From Takakia lepidozioides (taxonomy: Eukaryota; Plantae; Bryophyta), in NCBI GenBank assembly GCA_030704615.1, contig CM060731.1:69812001-69876000 (forward strand): 64,000 bases of DNA, read 5' to 3'. How positions within the stretch are numbered: position 1 is the stretch's first letter; every line of letters starts with the position of its first letter. The notes under the pieces were generated by a model that saw only the letters and a list, made by a program, of their open reading frames with translations, ran no database searches and was not told the origin of the DNA. The position numbers and the translations under genes were made by a program. Positions 26,801-38,319 of the stretch are shown here, piece by piece.

Positions 26801-29235
26801 CTGTCAAAAGGACACCAGAGCACAGCAAATTATTACGAGAGACCTTTGACTTGAGCCAAGTAGCCCCTCAACGCCGACCACATCTGCGACCACAATCACA
26901 ACCACAACCAGTTCCCCTTCCCCTCCCTCTGTATGCTGTTCACACAGAGGGACATTCCAGTAAGTTCATCCCCAGTGGATTATGATATCATTGCAGAAAG
27001 TATGAGCTTCAGCCAGAACTGCTGTGTAGATCTCTTTACACAGTTGTGACATGGTAGAAGTGCATTGAACCTAGAGAGAATAGGGCAGAATGTAGCTCTT
27101 TGACTATCTCATGTGTAGCACATTGTAACTGCACTTCCTGTCACATTGGTATTAGTTAAGTTCAACTGATGCTTGAAACCGAAAAGTATCGCAACCATGG
27201 GAAGCTGAAATTGATCTTGGACTCCTTGCTTGGAAACCAAATCCATGTTGAAAATTGGTGAGTTGTTTTCTCAGAAGACATAGTACTGTTGGTTGGACTG
27301 GCAAGGTACGAGTGGATCTCGATCCCTGGCATGGCATTTTGCTTCAGATCAGGCAACTTCATCCACCAATGAGGGCAGTAAACGATCTTCCAGGTGAGCA
27401 CTCCAACATCCAGTCTATTTTCCTTTTGTTTCTCAACGAGACAGTGATGTGGATCTCTATCCTGTCTCATGCTTTTCTTTGTAATGGCATTCCTGTAAAC
27501 AACCAGCTAGAGTAAACCTCCAAGTGGACAGGTTTGTTATGGGATTTGTCTGGCACTTTCAAACTGATAATTGTCATCCGATAGGGAGGGACCATGTCTT
27601 GCAGGTGCCATGACTGCAGGGCCATGGCATCTACATCCTGTCAATCTATTACACTTTTCCCTTGTACTCACATTTCAGTAGGCGGACATTTGTGTGGAGC
27701 CCTATTAGGCAAGCAAGTGTTGTTGATCTTGGACTGCCTTCTACCATGTGTTTGGAATGATAAGTTGCTTGTTGCTGGCAGCTTGAGTCGTCGGACAGCT
27801 CCACTGTCGTCTACAGCTGCACAACCATCGGACACCTCACGGCCTCAGGGCTCCTTCCTCTCTTCCTCGTATCGTAAGCAAATTTCCTCAACATCTCCAC
27901 CTTTTCTTGATAATTACATTAGGGCAGGTGTGGCACATTTCAGATCATGTACATGCCCAGTTATGTGTGTAACCTGGGAGACGTGTGTGTGAGCAAAATT
28001 TTCCTCCATAATTTTATCGGAAGGACAAAGAAAAACATGAACCATGTCATGTTGATGCAACGTGTTATGCAAATGTGATATGTGCCCCCTTGAACCAGCG
28101 ATGGACGAAAGATGTTTCACTACAAGTCTCGGATGTGTTCTAGCTTAAAGATGCAACAACTTGCCTTGTCACGGTGAATTGGAAAGAACTCAACAGCCAT
28201 CAACCTTTTGTTAGACTGTGACAAGAGTTCTCTCAAGTTTTCTGTACCTCAGCCCCTCGTTATGTTGAAAGGTTCTTTGCAATGAATAGTGGCTTCCAAC
28301 GTGGTAAGAAGGCATCCGGAATATGAAATGTCAGGACTGCTTGGGGAGTGTTCTTGAGCTGGTGAGAAGCAGCCTAGCTGTATTGAGTTGGTTGTCAGCA
28401 TTTATTCCTAGGGTAAATATAGGCTTGCCAGGCTCAATGAGACGCTATTTTGCTGTGGGTTAAACATGTACACTTTCATATTCACGTGTCAGTGTATGTT
28501 GGTGTTGGGATTGGGTGGGGATTCTATACCAAGGAAGCAAAGTACAGCATTTACACTGACGAGTGCATAGTTTGTCTGACTTATCATGAATTGTGAGGGA
28601 GCATTGCAGGTAATGGTCACACATCTCCGACGAAGAAGGTCGGTTTGTCCACGACACAGGTGCCAACCAAATTCATGGCATCAGCTAAAGTGAGCTTGAC
28701 AAGGTCAGGGTCAATTGCCCCTATGAAGACTCCCCCTCCAGCCCACAGCAAGGCAAGCTCTTGGTCCATTCCTTACTCAATGCAGTTATGTTCATCCATG
28801 ATGCTAAATCTTCACCAACTTCCTTGAGTTATGGAGAGGGAAAGCTGTACCATGTCCAGTAAAAAGTCAACTGAATAGGAATGGTGGTTCAAAACATTTG
28901 CATGTACTCATGTAAAGGGAGCACCAAAGCTGGATGAGAACCAGGGGTTGACTAGCAGGACGGAAATCACAACATATTATTGTAGGGTATCATAGTAATC
29001 ATGAGCACTTTGCCCCCTCCTTGATATTCTTGAAGTGTTTTCAAACTCAAACATCATTGTGTGAGCTCTTGTCCTTCAGACTGCCCCTCTCACACGCTCA
29101 GCATCCTTAATGCCATCATCATTGACAACAAATGGAACGACAAAAGAGATCAAGCCTGGCCCAACACGTAGCAAGAGCCTCCTACGGTCTTTGCTGGGCC
29201 GACGGCGGACAGCAAAACCTACTTCAAGTAGCTAA
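23806..29235 (+). CDS. ABIL: ABI1-like protein (SCAR/WAVE complex subunit), multi-exon
   Basis: TYDEAEMQRSRHFIRALQ | ELKNLRPQLYSAAEYCESSYL | [27 protein letters not shown] | ...HKHYILP | RSLAWHFAS | ...SKSLLRSLLGRRR; stop 29233-29235. Confidence 0.9.
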
Positions 29236-31128
29236 CCTCAAGTCATGTATTCTTTGGCATCAAGAAGCTGTCTAGAACTTGGTATACATTCAATCATGAT
29301 GTTGCCAAGGTTACTTGTGTTCATCTTTAGGAAGCATAGAGGGAGATATATTGCCTCCTGGGATCCTGCCCTTTAGATTTTTGGTGCAGGAGAACAGCAG
29401 TCTTTTCTCCCAAGTGATGACTGCTTCTTAGCCCTTATGTGAATAGTGAAACCGTACACTAGATCTCATCAGACAAACCTGGACGCCAGCAACAATGCCA
29501 TTCTTAGCATCAGTTACACGACAGGTTAGCTTTTAGCAATGTTCTGAGTATGATGTTCTGAGTGTGTAGTGTTAAATAGGAAGGCAGCTTCACTGAAGGA
29601 CCCTTGTAGTTCACTTCATAAACCAAGAGCATTTCCTCTTTGTGCAGTGAGAATTGTACGATTTCAGAACTGATTTAAAGTACAGCGGGAACATGAGTGT
29701 TGGTACGAATGACCCCCCATCCCCCAAAGTAATGCCCCTGACCCTCTATTAACTTTGATAATCTCCTTGTGTTCTGTTCTGCGGGTTTCCTCAGTCCCAA
29801 ACTATTGCTCCAAGTATTTGTTAATGCACATGGGCAAGCTCTGGTGTTCTTCCTCGATTTTGTTCTGTTGTGACAAGGATAGACACTTCCTCTTTTGTTT
29901 AATGTTTACAGGAATGCAGTGTTTGGTGCAGTTCCTGTGCTGTCAAGTATACCATGCCAGGCACAAGGCTAAGAAGACATCGAAATTCCTGCTCGTTGTC
30001 TTTCCAAACTTCTGGTTACTGTTGTGGTAGACTCATCCCCACATTGTTATGACAGTGTTGTATTCACATCACAAGGCTGTTGTTCCATCCAAAATGTCAA
30101 CGCATGCAAGAAAGATAATAAGGATCCTGCCTTCGGTAGATATTCTACAAAGCCCCAAGCCATGTTCCCGCCGAGGACGCATTTGTTTCACTACATCAAC
30201 TGATGTGGCCCATGGAGACACCAAGAGTTCGTCCTTGGGATATGTGGTGCCTAAAAGATGAATTTATATACTATCCAAATCCAAGTTCGAAAGCCAACCA
30301 AAACCAAGCAAAACACAGTTTGCGATGTCAAGCCTCAATTTCAATTCAGAAACCTCAAATATTCCATCATGTTTCACTGCAACAATCAGTCCCTCCCCAG
30401 GACCACAGCAAAGGCTGATGATAACCTCTCTTTCTGTCTCCCAGTATGCTATGTATCATAGCCAGCCTCAAAAGATCCCTCTTTGAGTACCCCTCAACAT
30501 TCTGTTGGGAAAAGCCATGGAGTACTCTCATCCTCTCTCTGGTCTTTGAACATGTGTGCCAACCAGCAATCAAAGGGAATGATAGAGTGCATTTCCCCTA
30601 TCTCTCCCTCTTCCCACCTTCAGGCTAACTGGTCACTTCTGTAGTAGTGTACAAACACTCCTCCCTACCACCCACCCCTTTACACTCTGCATATAACAGT
30701 GTCTCCTAGACACAAACAAAGAACCTGCCTCACATTTGTGCCCAGGCCTTTTGAGAGTGCAACACCACCTACAAAACCTAAAATCCACAAACCCCTTCCT
30801 CTCTCCTTTACAAGAATATGAAAGAATGATGTTAGTTGTACCCATTCATACTTGACCCACCAGAACTGCCAGAGCTTGCTTGCACATGGCAGGGGGGATG
30901 ACAGGGCATCCGAAACTAAATTTAGTCGTGTGAGGTGGGGCCTTCTGTAGACGGATTATTACAAACAAGCTTGAAAAACCGTCCAACTCTTCAACTTGTT
31001 GGACAAACTTTGATCTGCACCAAGGTGAAATCCCCACAACATGCCAACGGTCATTCCTTGCTTTCTTCTCCTTCTGTATCTGCTCACTAGACAATGGAGG
31101 CAGTGTACTCGCAGCCATACCTATCATA

Positions 31129-34100
31129 TCTGTGTCAAAGGTACAAGACTGTAGTAGCAGCTGAAATGGACTTCAGGATATACAGGAGACAGTCAAACCC
31201 AATCATTAACCCTAAACCCTAAACCCGTGAAACAGGATTCACAACCCCTGTCAACAAATGATGCAAAGGCTATGGCATCACAGTCACGGGACATCATTGT
31301 AATTGCTAGTACACTCTCTTGGTCTCCTCATAAAGGTGAGGTCTAAAACTGCAAGTGAAAGCAGTAACCCCTCTGCTGAACACGTCCCCCTTCCTCCATC
31401 CAGAGACACTGGTTGTAGGGGTCAGAGCATAGTTCAACAAGAATCTCTCATGCAAACACATGTTTCTCTTGGGCCCCGATAAAAAGGTCACTGCAAACTG
31501 TGCAGAATTGATTTTCATATACGCTGTTAATGACCAGCTCTATGAAGGTTACTGCAACGTATGACTAATACCAGATATCCTAAGTCAATCTACACTATAT
31601 CTTGGAAGCAGGAGCGCCCTGTCAAACAGAAGCAGAAGAGGGTAGAAGAGATTTTCAAGGATCTCAATCTAAGCCCGCAAGCCATGACCCTGCTGGATAA
31701 ATCTGACTTTAAGGCTGAAGTTTCCAAAGCCATGTCTGTTGCCACTGTCTGATGAAAATGAAGTTATGCAAGAAACTTCCCTGAACCTGTTTCCAGTCTG
31801 TGACATGGGTGAGAACATCATGGATGACCTCAAGGGTTTACCCACTCTCGGCACTAGACTGAAATTGCGGGTAGCCTACCGTTGAACAGCAAACAGACGC
31901 AGAGAGGAAAGGGGGATGTAAGTGCATGTTGTGTGGGCAACCTGAAGACAACACCCACTTCCTCATTCATTGTCCCAGGTACTCTCACAAGGACACCCTC
32001 TTCAATCCCATCAAGGCAATTGTTCCTGTACCTCTGTTTACCAACTTGAAAATCTCGTGGCTGAGCCAAAAGCACAGGCCCTTTTGGGGTCTAGTTATTG
32101 GGCACATCACGCACAGCAGATTGATGTTTGTGTGAAGAGATTTCTAGAGGATATCTGGAAAACTCAAATCAGATGCTTGTTTCCAGGTACGTCATTCTAC
32201 CGGCGTCAGCCCCTGACAAAGGTAGTTTCAGTCAGACTGGACGCATGGTCAATGGCCACAAGGCTATGATAAACAACGTCTTATGAGTACATCCTATAAA
32301 GGTTACTTCCCCTTGGCCAGCATTCAAAGGAAAGGGTCTAGTGTGTACATTTCAGATATATTCACACATGCAATTTTCAAACCACTCTCTGAAGAGTCCA
32401 CAGGCTCAGGGACATATTCCGAGACAAATAGGCAGAAGGTATCAGCAAATGTGGCGCACCATTGCTGAATTTTTCTGAACTCAGTCAACACAGGGTATAT
32501 GTTCTCAAACGCCTCATAGATCTCATCCCTCACCTGACACACAAACACAGCAATGTCACTTACAAATGACTGCTTGCACAATGCAGCTCTCCAGTATTTC
32601 ATGGCACGGGACAAAAATTAGTGTAAGGGGACAGTGAAATGGAACAGGAACCAGAAAACATCAGGAACATGGAAAACCACCCTCCAAAACTGCCAAGCAC
32701 TCATCTAAACCTGAAAACTTGCAGAACCGGAAGATGGTCCCTATTGTTTGTATCTGAGAGATGTACCCATGGACTGTTCCTATTATAGAAAGCAGAGGCA
32801 AGGGCAGGGGTAGCAGCATACCTTGGCACCAGTGAGAACAATTTTGCCAGATACAAAGATGAGCAGTACAATCTTGGGCTGCTTCATTCTATAAATCAAC
32901 CCTGGAAACAATTCGGGCTCATACTGCAACCCACCAGTCCGACCCCAAAAACATTGTAATTAATTACAGCACAAAGATCTAAACTACACCCAGGACTAAC
33001 ATCCTAAGTGTATGTCTAGCCCAGTTTCATCTGGCGTGTTCATTGCATAGAGACAAACTAAAGCTTCATTCAGGGACTCCATGCAGGAACCAGAAGTTGA
33101 CACCCTGATTTGAGCCTGAAGAACTACCTACAGAGTAGATAACTAAGCGCAACCAGGCAATGCACAACATCCTGCGGAGGTGTGGGGGCACATTGAAACA
33201 CGCTCACTCAGATGGTAAGGATGATTGATTACACTGGAAAAGTGACCATGAGCATATGCCAGCCCTTCTAGCCTGATGGGAAACTTTACATCGCATGATC
33301 CCACAATATTTTGGATCTTGAAGTCCTGCAACACATCATAACGCTCCTTGTAAGTTAATAAAGCCCTACTTAAGCTGTTAGTTGGTTTCTGCTACAACTG
33401 CCCTGCACAGGCTGGTTCCTTTGAGGATCACTGAAAATTGAGGTGAGAATCAGTGTCCAAAATTGAGACTATGGCTTGAGATAACTGCACTCTGGTCACA
33501 CGTAATGTGATGTATGAGCTTGATGTCCAGGGACAACCCTCTCAAGGACAACCACAAAAGCCACAGGAAAAAGGTCTCATAGCAAGCACATATTGTCTTA
33601 AAATGCTGTTGAAGCACATTCTAACCCAGAGTAGAACCAAATGTCTCAAGGAACAAGATTTGAACATACCTTGAACTGAGCGGGGAAGTCAAGCTTTTGT
33701 ATGATGCGAGCATACTGCACCGTCCATAGCCACGCAGACATTAGAGAGGAGGTGGGCTGCCATTGTTCTCACACTCTCAGGCCTGTATGATCAACCTCTG
33801 ACTGAGGTGCTAGCCATAGCATCTCTCTTCCACAATCACACATTTCAAAGATCAGCAAACATGGCTCACACCTTTCTTGCTGCCAGCTTTGACTGTTGCT
33901 CACTCTTTGCACCCGTGCACACCTGCAAAAAAGTTGACAAGTTGGTAGATCTACACCATCGCGGGAGAAAAAAGTCTAGATGAAGGCCCGTTGGTGCCCT
34001 GAGTATAAAGGAGTCTCTGGAGTAGGGCAAAGGTGGTAAGCATCACACGCAAAATCATAGGGATTTGAGTCTAGGAGTCAACACCAGATGTGTTTAAGAA

Positions 34101-34935
34101 ACAGAAAATCTGAGCTCATGCCTACTATGCACAACATGAACTTGAGAAGATTTGTGCACTATATACAACTCCTTAGACTAACCGCAGCCAGCCAAAGGGT
34201 AAAAGCAGGTGAAGGTTGCACGTTCGAATAGCAATAATCATTTTTCTTTATGGTTACAATACCATTTTTCCCGATGCAAATATGAGCGCGGTTGTCTTCG
34301 GCTCCCTTATTCGCATAATGACGGCTGCAAAACGCTGTTCATCCAACCCGGCCACCCCGTAAGATCCAGAAACAGGCGAGGAAGAGGAGAGGATTGAGAC
34401 AGTTTGACCATCAACGGCCGTCCACAAAAGCATCTCGTAAACCACACATGCCAGGCTAAAATTTCAACTCACGAAGACACGTTATTTACCTTGGGGTTAT
34501 ACTCGGCATTCCTGGCACGAAGGGCTATGGTCTTCAAATCCAACTTACAATCCATGTTCACAGTCGAGACAATATTCCTGCCACGTTATAACCAACCTGT
34601 GAGATAGATGTCCTTTGCCAAGCGATCACTCTAAGGGCACAATTCCCCACTAATCACCCTTCACCGTTTGCTCTACTCCTCAATCAACCATCCCATAGTT
34701 CCAAAGCTATCACTGCTCATTACAATCCAACAGACATCACAACACACCACACCACCCCGAATCCCCCCCGCAATTCGTGCTTGTATCTGAAACCCTAACT
34801 CGAATCAACCCACCACGCAGTCGCTTCAGAACAAGCAATCCTGTTCACCACTTACTGCAAGGTAGGCACAATTCCAGAGGGATGCTTGGCAAGATCCACA
34901 GGCTGGCTGCCCTCCAGCAGCACCTGCTCTGCCAT
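31129..34935 (-). CDS. TBP: TATA-box binding protein, 8 coding exons plus a predicted split stop codon
   Basis: [27 protein letters not shown] | NIVSTVN...RNAEYNPK | [24 protein letters not shown] | VCTGAKSE | YARIIQKL | [13 protein letters not shown] | YEPELFPGL | ...EFRKIQQ (exon ends 32460). The 31129 end is inferred (see findings). Confidence 0.96.
31208..31226. repeat. Short interstitial telomeric repeat (CCCTAAA)n
   Basis: aaccctaaaccctaaaccc, about 2.7 plant-type units. Confidence 0.6.
31520..32292 (+). mobile_element. Degenerate 5'-truncated LINE copy (3' end of ORF2), antisense to TBP
   Basis: Translates to [20 protein letters not shown]...[32 protein letters not shown]; colinear with 57099-57890; ends cttatgagtacat like the main copy. 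Confidence 0.92.
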
Positions 34936-35168
34936 GCACTCCGAATGATCTTTCCGCTGAATTTATACCCCCTCCGAGCCCTGGAAAACCGTGTTGCACA
35001 ATCTGTGAACCCCACACAGACAGATCTCAACGCTTCCTCGGACACGGGATGCGTGGCAACCCCTGTCTCTGATCTCAGACGAGATCTGGAGGCAGGGAGC
35101 AAGAAACTCTGTGGAGCTGCGGAGCTTTATACTCTCTGTGTCTCTGGGGTAAGCCAAAGGAGTGCGGC

Positions 35169-35175
35169 TTTTATA
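35169..35175 (-). promoter_or_regulatory. TATA box (TATAAAA) of TBP within the TBP/ASHR2 divergent region
   Basis: TATAAAA on the - strand about 235 bp upstream of the TBP ATG; an E2F-like TTTCCCGG lies at about 35263-35271. Confidence 0.55.
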
Positions 35176-35541
35176 GAGGCGAGCCGCGGGCGGGGGGGCA
35201 GATCGAAAAACAAAAATCTACATCCAGTCAGATGAATGAACTCTTCCCCGTCCTCACACCCGGCCGGGAAAAACAAGATTCTCACATCCATGAACTCCGC
35301 TCCGTCCTCACACAACAAGAATCTCCCATCCGGTCAGAAGGACGAATTCTGTTCGCTCTGTCGCCCTAGCGTACAGTTGACAAATTGACCACGGCATAAT
35401 TGGCGAAACTCTCCAGTGTAGATTATTCTAAGGCGAAACCCTCCATGAAAGCATATTCTAGGAATAAAGTTATGGCGAAAGTGAGTTTTGAGCTCCGAGG
35501 AAGGAGACAAAGGGGAAGTGGGGGAGAGAGAGAGAGGAGCG

Positions 35542-36741
35542 ATGGCGGTGCGGGAGGAGAAGAGAGAGGGGCGAGGTCGAGCTATGGTGGCAGCGGAGGA
35601 TCTGCGAGGAGGGCAAGTGCTGCTGAAGGAGAAGCCCATTCTGGTGTATCAAGAAGAAGAGGCGGAGAAGAGCAGCTTGTTTTGTGCTCATTGCATGAGG
35701 TGCTTGGCCCTGGCAGGAAAGCCGCTTCCATGTTGTCCGCGGTGCTATCAGGTCTGCTACTGTAGCCGTGACTGTCTGCTGGCTGCGGAGGGATCGTCGC
35801 ACACTCGACGAGTCTGTAAGGCTCTTTCACTGCTGGAGGAATCTGATTTGTCTGTAGACAGCAGGACGCAAGCGCGGTACCTCATTGCAGCGTATAATCT
35901 CGGGCTGGAGGATCCGGTGGCTTTCAAGAAGTTAGAGAGACTGGAGGGGCAGGAGTATGTGGATGATGCAGTGCGGGATTTACATGAGTTTCTTATGGAG
36001 GCGCTGCAGGGTTCGGATGTGGAATCGCTGGGATTTTCTGTGGACGTGACTGGGGCGTTATTAGCAAAGGATGCCTGTAATGCGTTTGGGATCATGGCGC
36101 CTGATAAGGAGGCCGGGGAGCGTAAGGTACGAGGGTATGCGATATATGCGCAAGCGTCCCTTTTCAATCATGACTGCCTTCCCAATGCTTGTAGATTTGA
36201 GCATATAGACAGACCTGAGGATGGAAATACCGATTTGTATATACGCGCTCTCCATGACATTCGAGAGGGGACAGAGGTATGCCTTAGTTATTTTCCAATC
36301 AACTGGCCATACAAGGCGCGGCAGAAGAAATTGGAGGAAGAATATGGCTTTCAATGCAAGTGTGAAAGATGTAAAGTTGAACGAAACTGGACTGATGAGG
36401 AGAGTGCCGAGCAGGACGAGGATGAAGGTCAAGTAGATAGGAATGAGGAGAGTGGCGAGGGGAGTGCGGAGGAAGGGACGAACGGTGACGAATTTGCTGA
36501 GTTGCAGAAAGGGGCGGGAGATGCAGATGATGATGATGACTTCGCTCATGCCATGTTTTTTGTCAAGTACCTGTGCCCGATTGACGATTGTGGTGGAACC
36601 ATGGCCCCCTTGTCATCTCAGGAGTCTGATACTGAAGTAGAGGATGTCGTTGTAGTTGCCATGGAATGTAATTCTTGTGGGCATATTAGATCGAAAGAGG
36701 AATTTCTTCGTGATTTGGAGGAACACAGCATACTGGAATAA
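35542..36741 (+). CDS. ASHR2: SET/MYND-type lysine methyltransferase (ASHR2-like), intronless
   Basis: GRGRAMVAAEDL, CxxC zinc motifs, KDACNAFG, SLFNHDCLPNACRF, EVCLSYFP, YGFQCKCERC, acidic tract, C-terminal CPIDDCGGTMAP...MECNSCG. Confidence 0.9.
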   Translation: MAVREEKREGRGRAMVAAEDLRGGQVLLKEKPILVYQEEEAEKSSLFCAHCMRCLALAGKPLPCCPRCYQVCYCSRDCLLAAEGSSHTRRVCKALSLLEESDLSVDSRTQARYLIAAYNLGLEDPVAFKKLERLEGQEYVDDAVRDLHEFLMEALQGSDVESLGFSVDVTGALLAKDACNAFGIMAPDKEAGERKVRGYAIYAQASLFNHDCLPNACRFEHIDRPEDGNTDLYIRALHDIREGTEVCLSYFPINWPYKARQKKLEEEYGFQCKCERCKVERNWTDEESAEQDEDEGQVDRNEESGEGSAEEGTNGDEFAELQKGAGDADDDDDFAHAMFFVKYLCPIDDCGGTMAPLSSQESDTEVEDVVVVAMECNSCGHIRSKEEFLRDLEEHSILE

Positions 36742-37090
36742 GTTCATGCAGCAGCTGTTTTGCGCATGGAAGCTCTGCAAAGTGTGTTCATAATAAAAAT
36801 ACATTTCGTTTAGTTTAAGGCATTTGCAACTTCTCAACAGAAAGGGTGCTACTACTCACTGACAGCATAGCTTCACAATGGCACAACCCGTTTTTCAGGG
36901 GTGATTTGGAGGAACACAGCATACTGGAATAAGTTCATGCAGCAGCTGTTTTGTGCATGGAAGCTCTGCAAAGTGTGTTCATAATAAAATACATTTCGTT
37001 TAGTTTAAGCATTTGCAACTTCTCAACAGAAAGGGTGCTACTACTCACTGACAGCATAGCTTCACAATGGCACAACCCGTTTTTCAGGGG
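36710..37090. repeat. Near-perfect 191-bp tandem duplication covering the ASHR2 stop codon and proximal 3' UTR
   Basis: 36710-36900 repeated at 36901-37090 with about one substitution and one 1-nt indel. Confidence 0.95.
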
Positions 37091-37164
37091 AAAGTCCTGT
37101 TGCTAGTGCAACTTCACTTCTCTATGGCAGTGGATAATGCTTGTGGCAAATGAGTAGACGGATC

Positions 37165-37470
37165 GCCACCCATTCAGAATGGGTGGGTGCATTTGGGTGA
37201 GGAGGGTTCCCGTCTATACCCGCTCCCCCACTATTATCTGGTGGGCAACCCACTTTCCCCCACCCACCAAGGAGCATGGGCACTAACTATTTTGAAAATA
37301 CAGGAATGAGTAGGTCATTCCTCCTGCCATAGTAGCAGCTTGTAGTTCAAAGTAGTTGATTTGCACTGAATTGTGAAGTTGCAGGCTGGTGCTCTCTGGT
37401 AGATGGAAACCCTTCACCCACGGCTGTCACCTTCAATTCCAAATAGTGGAATCAGGGCGAGTGGGTGTGG
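37165..37470. mobile_element. Possible decayed MITE/foldback
   Basis: Imperfect inverted repeat: gggtgaggagggttcccgtcta (about 37195) against tagatggaaacccttcaccc (about 37400); outer ccacccattc / gagtgggtg. Confidence 0.35.
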
Positions 37471-38319
37471 ATGGAAACACACCTAAGCTGGTTAGTTCTT
37501 TGCAAATGGTTGGATTAAATCGCCATCCAGAACAAGAAGAAGGTTGATTTCTGTCAAAGGAAGCTCTAGTATACTATCACTTCATCCTGAAGTACAACTA
37601 CCTTCTTCTCTTTGGAAGGTGGACACTCCAGGACAACGCAATTACCCAAACCTCCCCCAAGGATTTCAAAAGCTCCAATACCCATGGAGAGAGAATAGGT
37701 GTCCAGACTAAAGCTGGCCCAAATGGAGGGGATGTGGAGCCTCCTACAGAGGGGACAGATGGGGTTGTGGCAACCCTATCTATAAAATTCTCTTGGTGCA
37801 GAGGCCACATTGCAGCTCATCCCAGTTTGGACATGGTGTAGTGTTATCCTCCTTTGAAAGAAAGAACACTTCAGATCACAGCAGCATTTGCACCCACAGA
37901 ACTGCAAGACGAGTGCAAAGAGAAGTTACTTGTTCAAAGAACCTGGGGTCTTAGAGAAGTGTTTTCTTTCTTCATGGGGGAATCTGCCAGACATTGGTGG
38001 GACTCCAATACACAATGTCAACGCTCTGCGAAACTGGAATTCCAATGTGATACATGCACGAAGAAGATGAAACAGTAGATTGACTATGTGTAGTCTTCTA
38101 TATGTACAGTCAGATGACAAGATATGAGACGAGGTCTTGACCGATATCCTTACAGAACACGTGGATTGGGATGCGGATGGAGGTGGGAAGCTTGTAGTGG
38201 GAGGGAGAGATCGCCACAGAGAAACACACCGACCGATGCCGCGACTTCTGAAGCTGTCTCCTGGGAGCTCAAGGGACTCCTCTCTGGCTTCACATGGCAC
38301 TGGTAAGGGGGGTCGGTCG

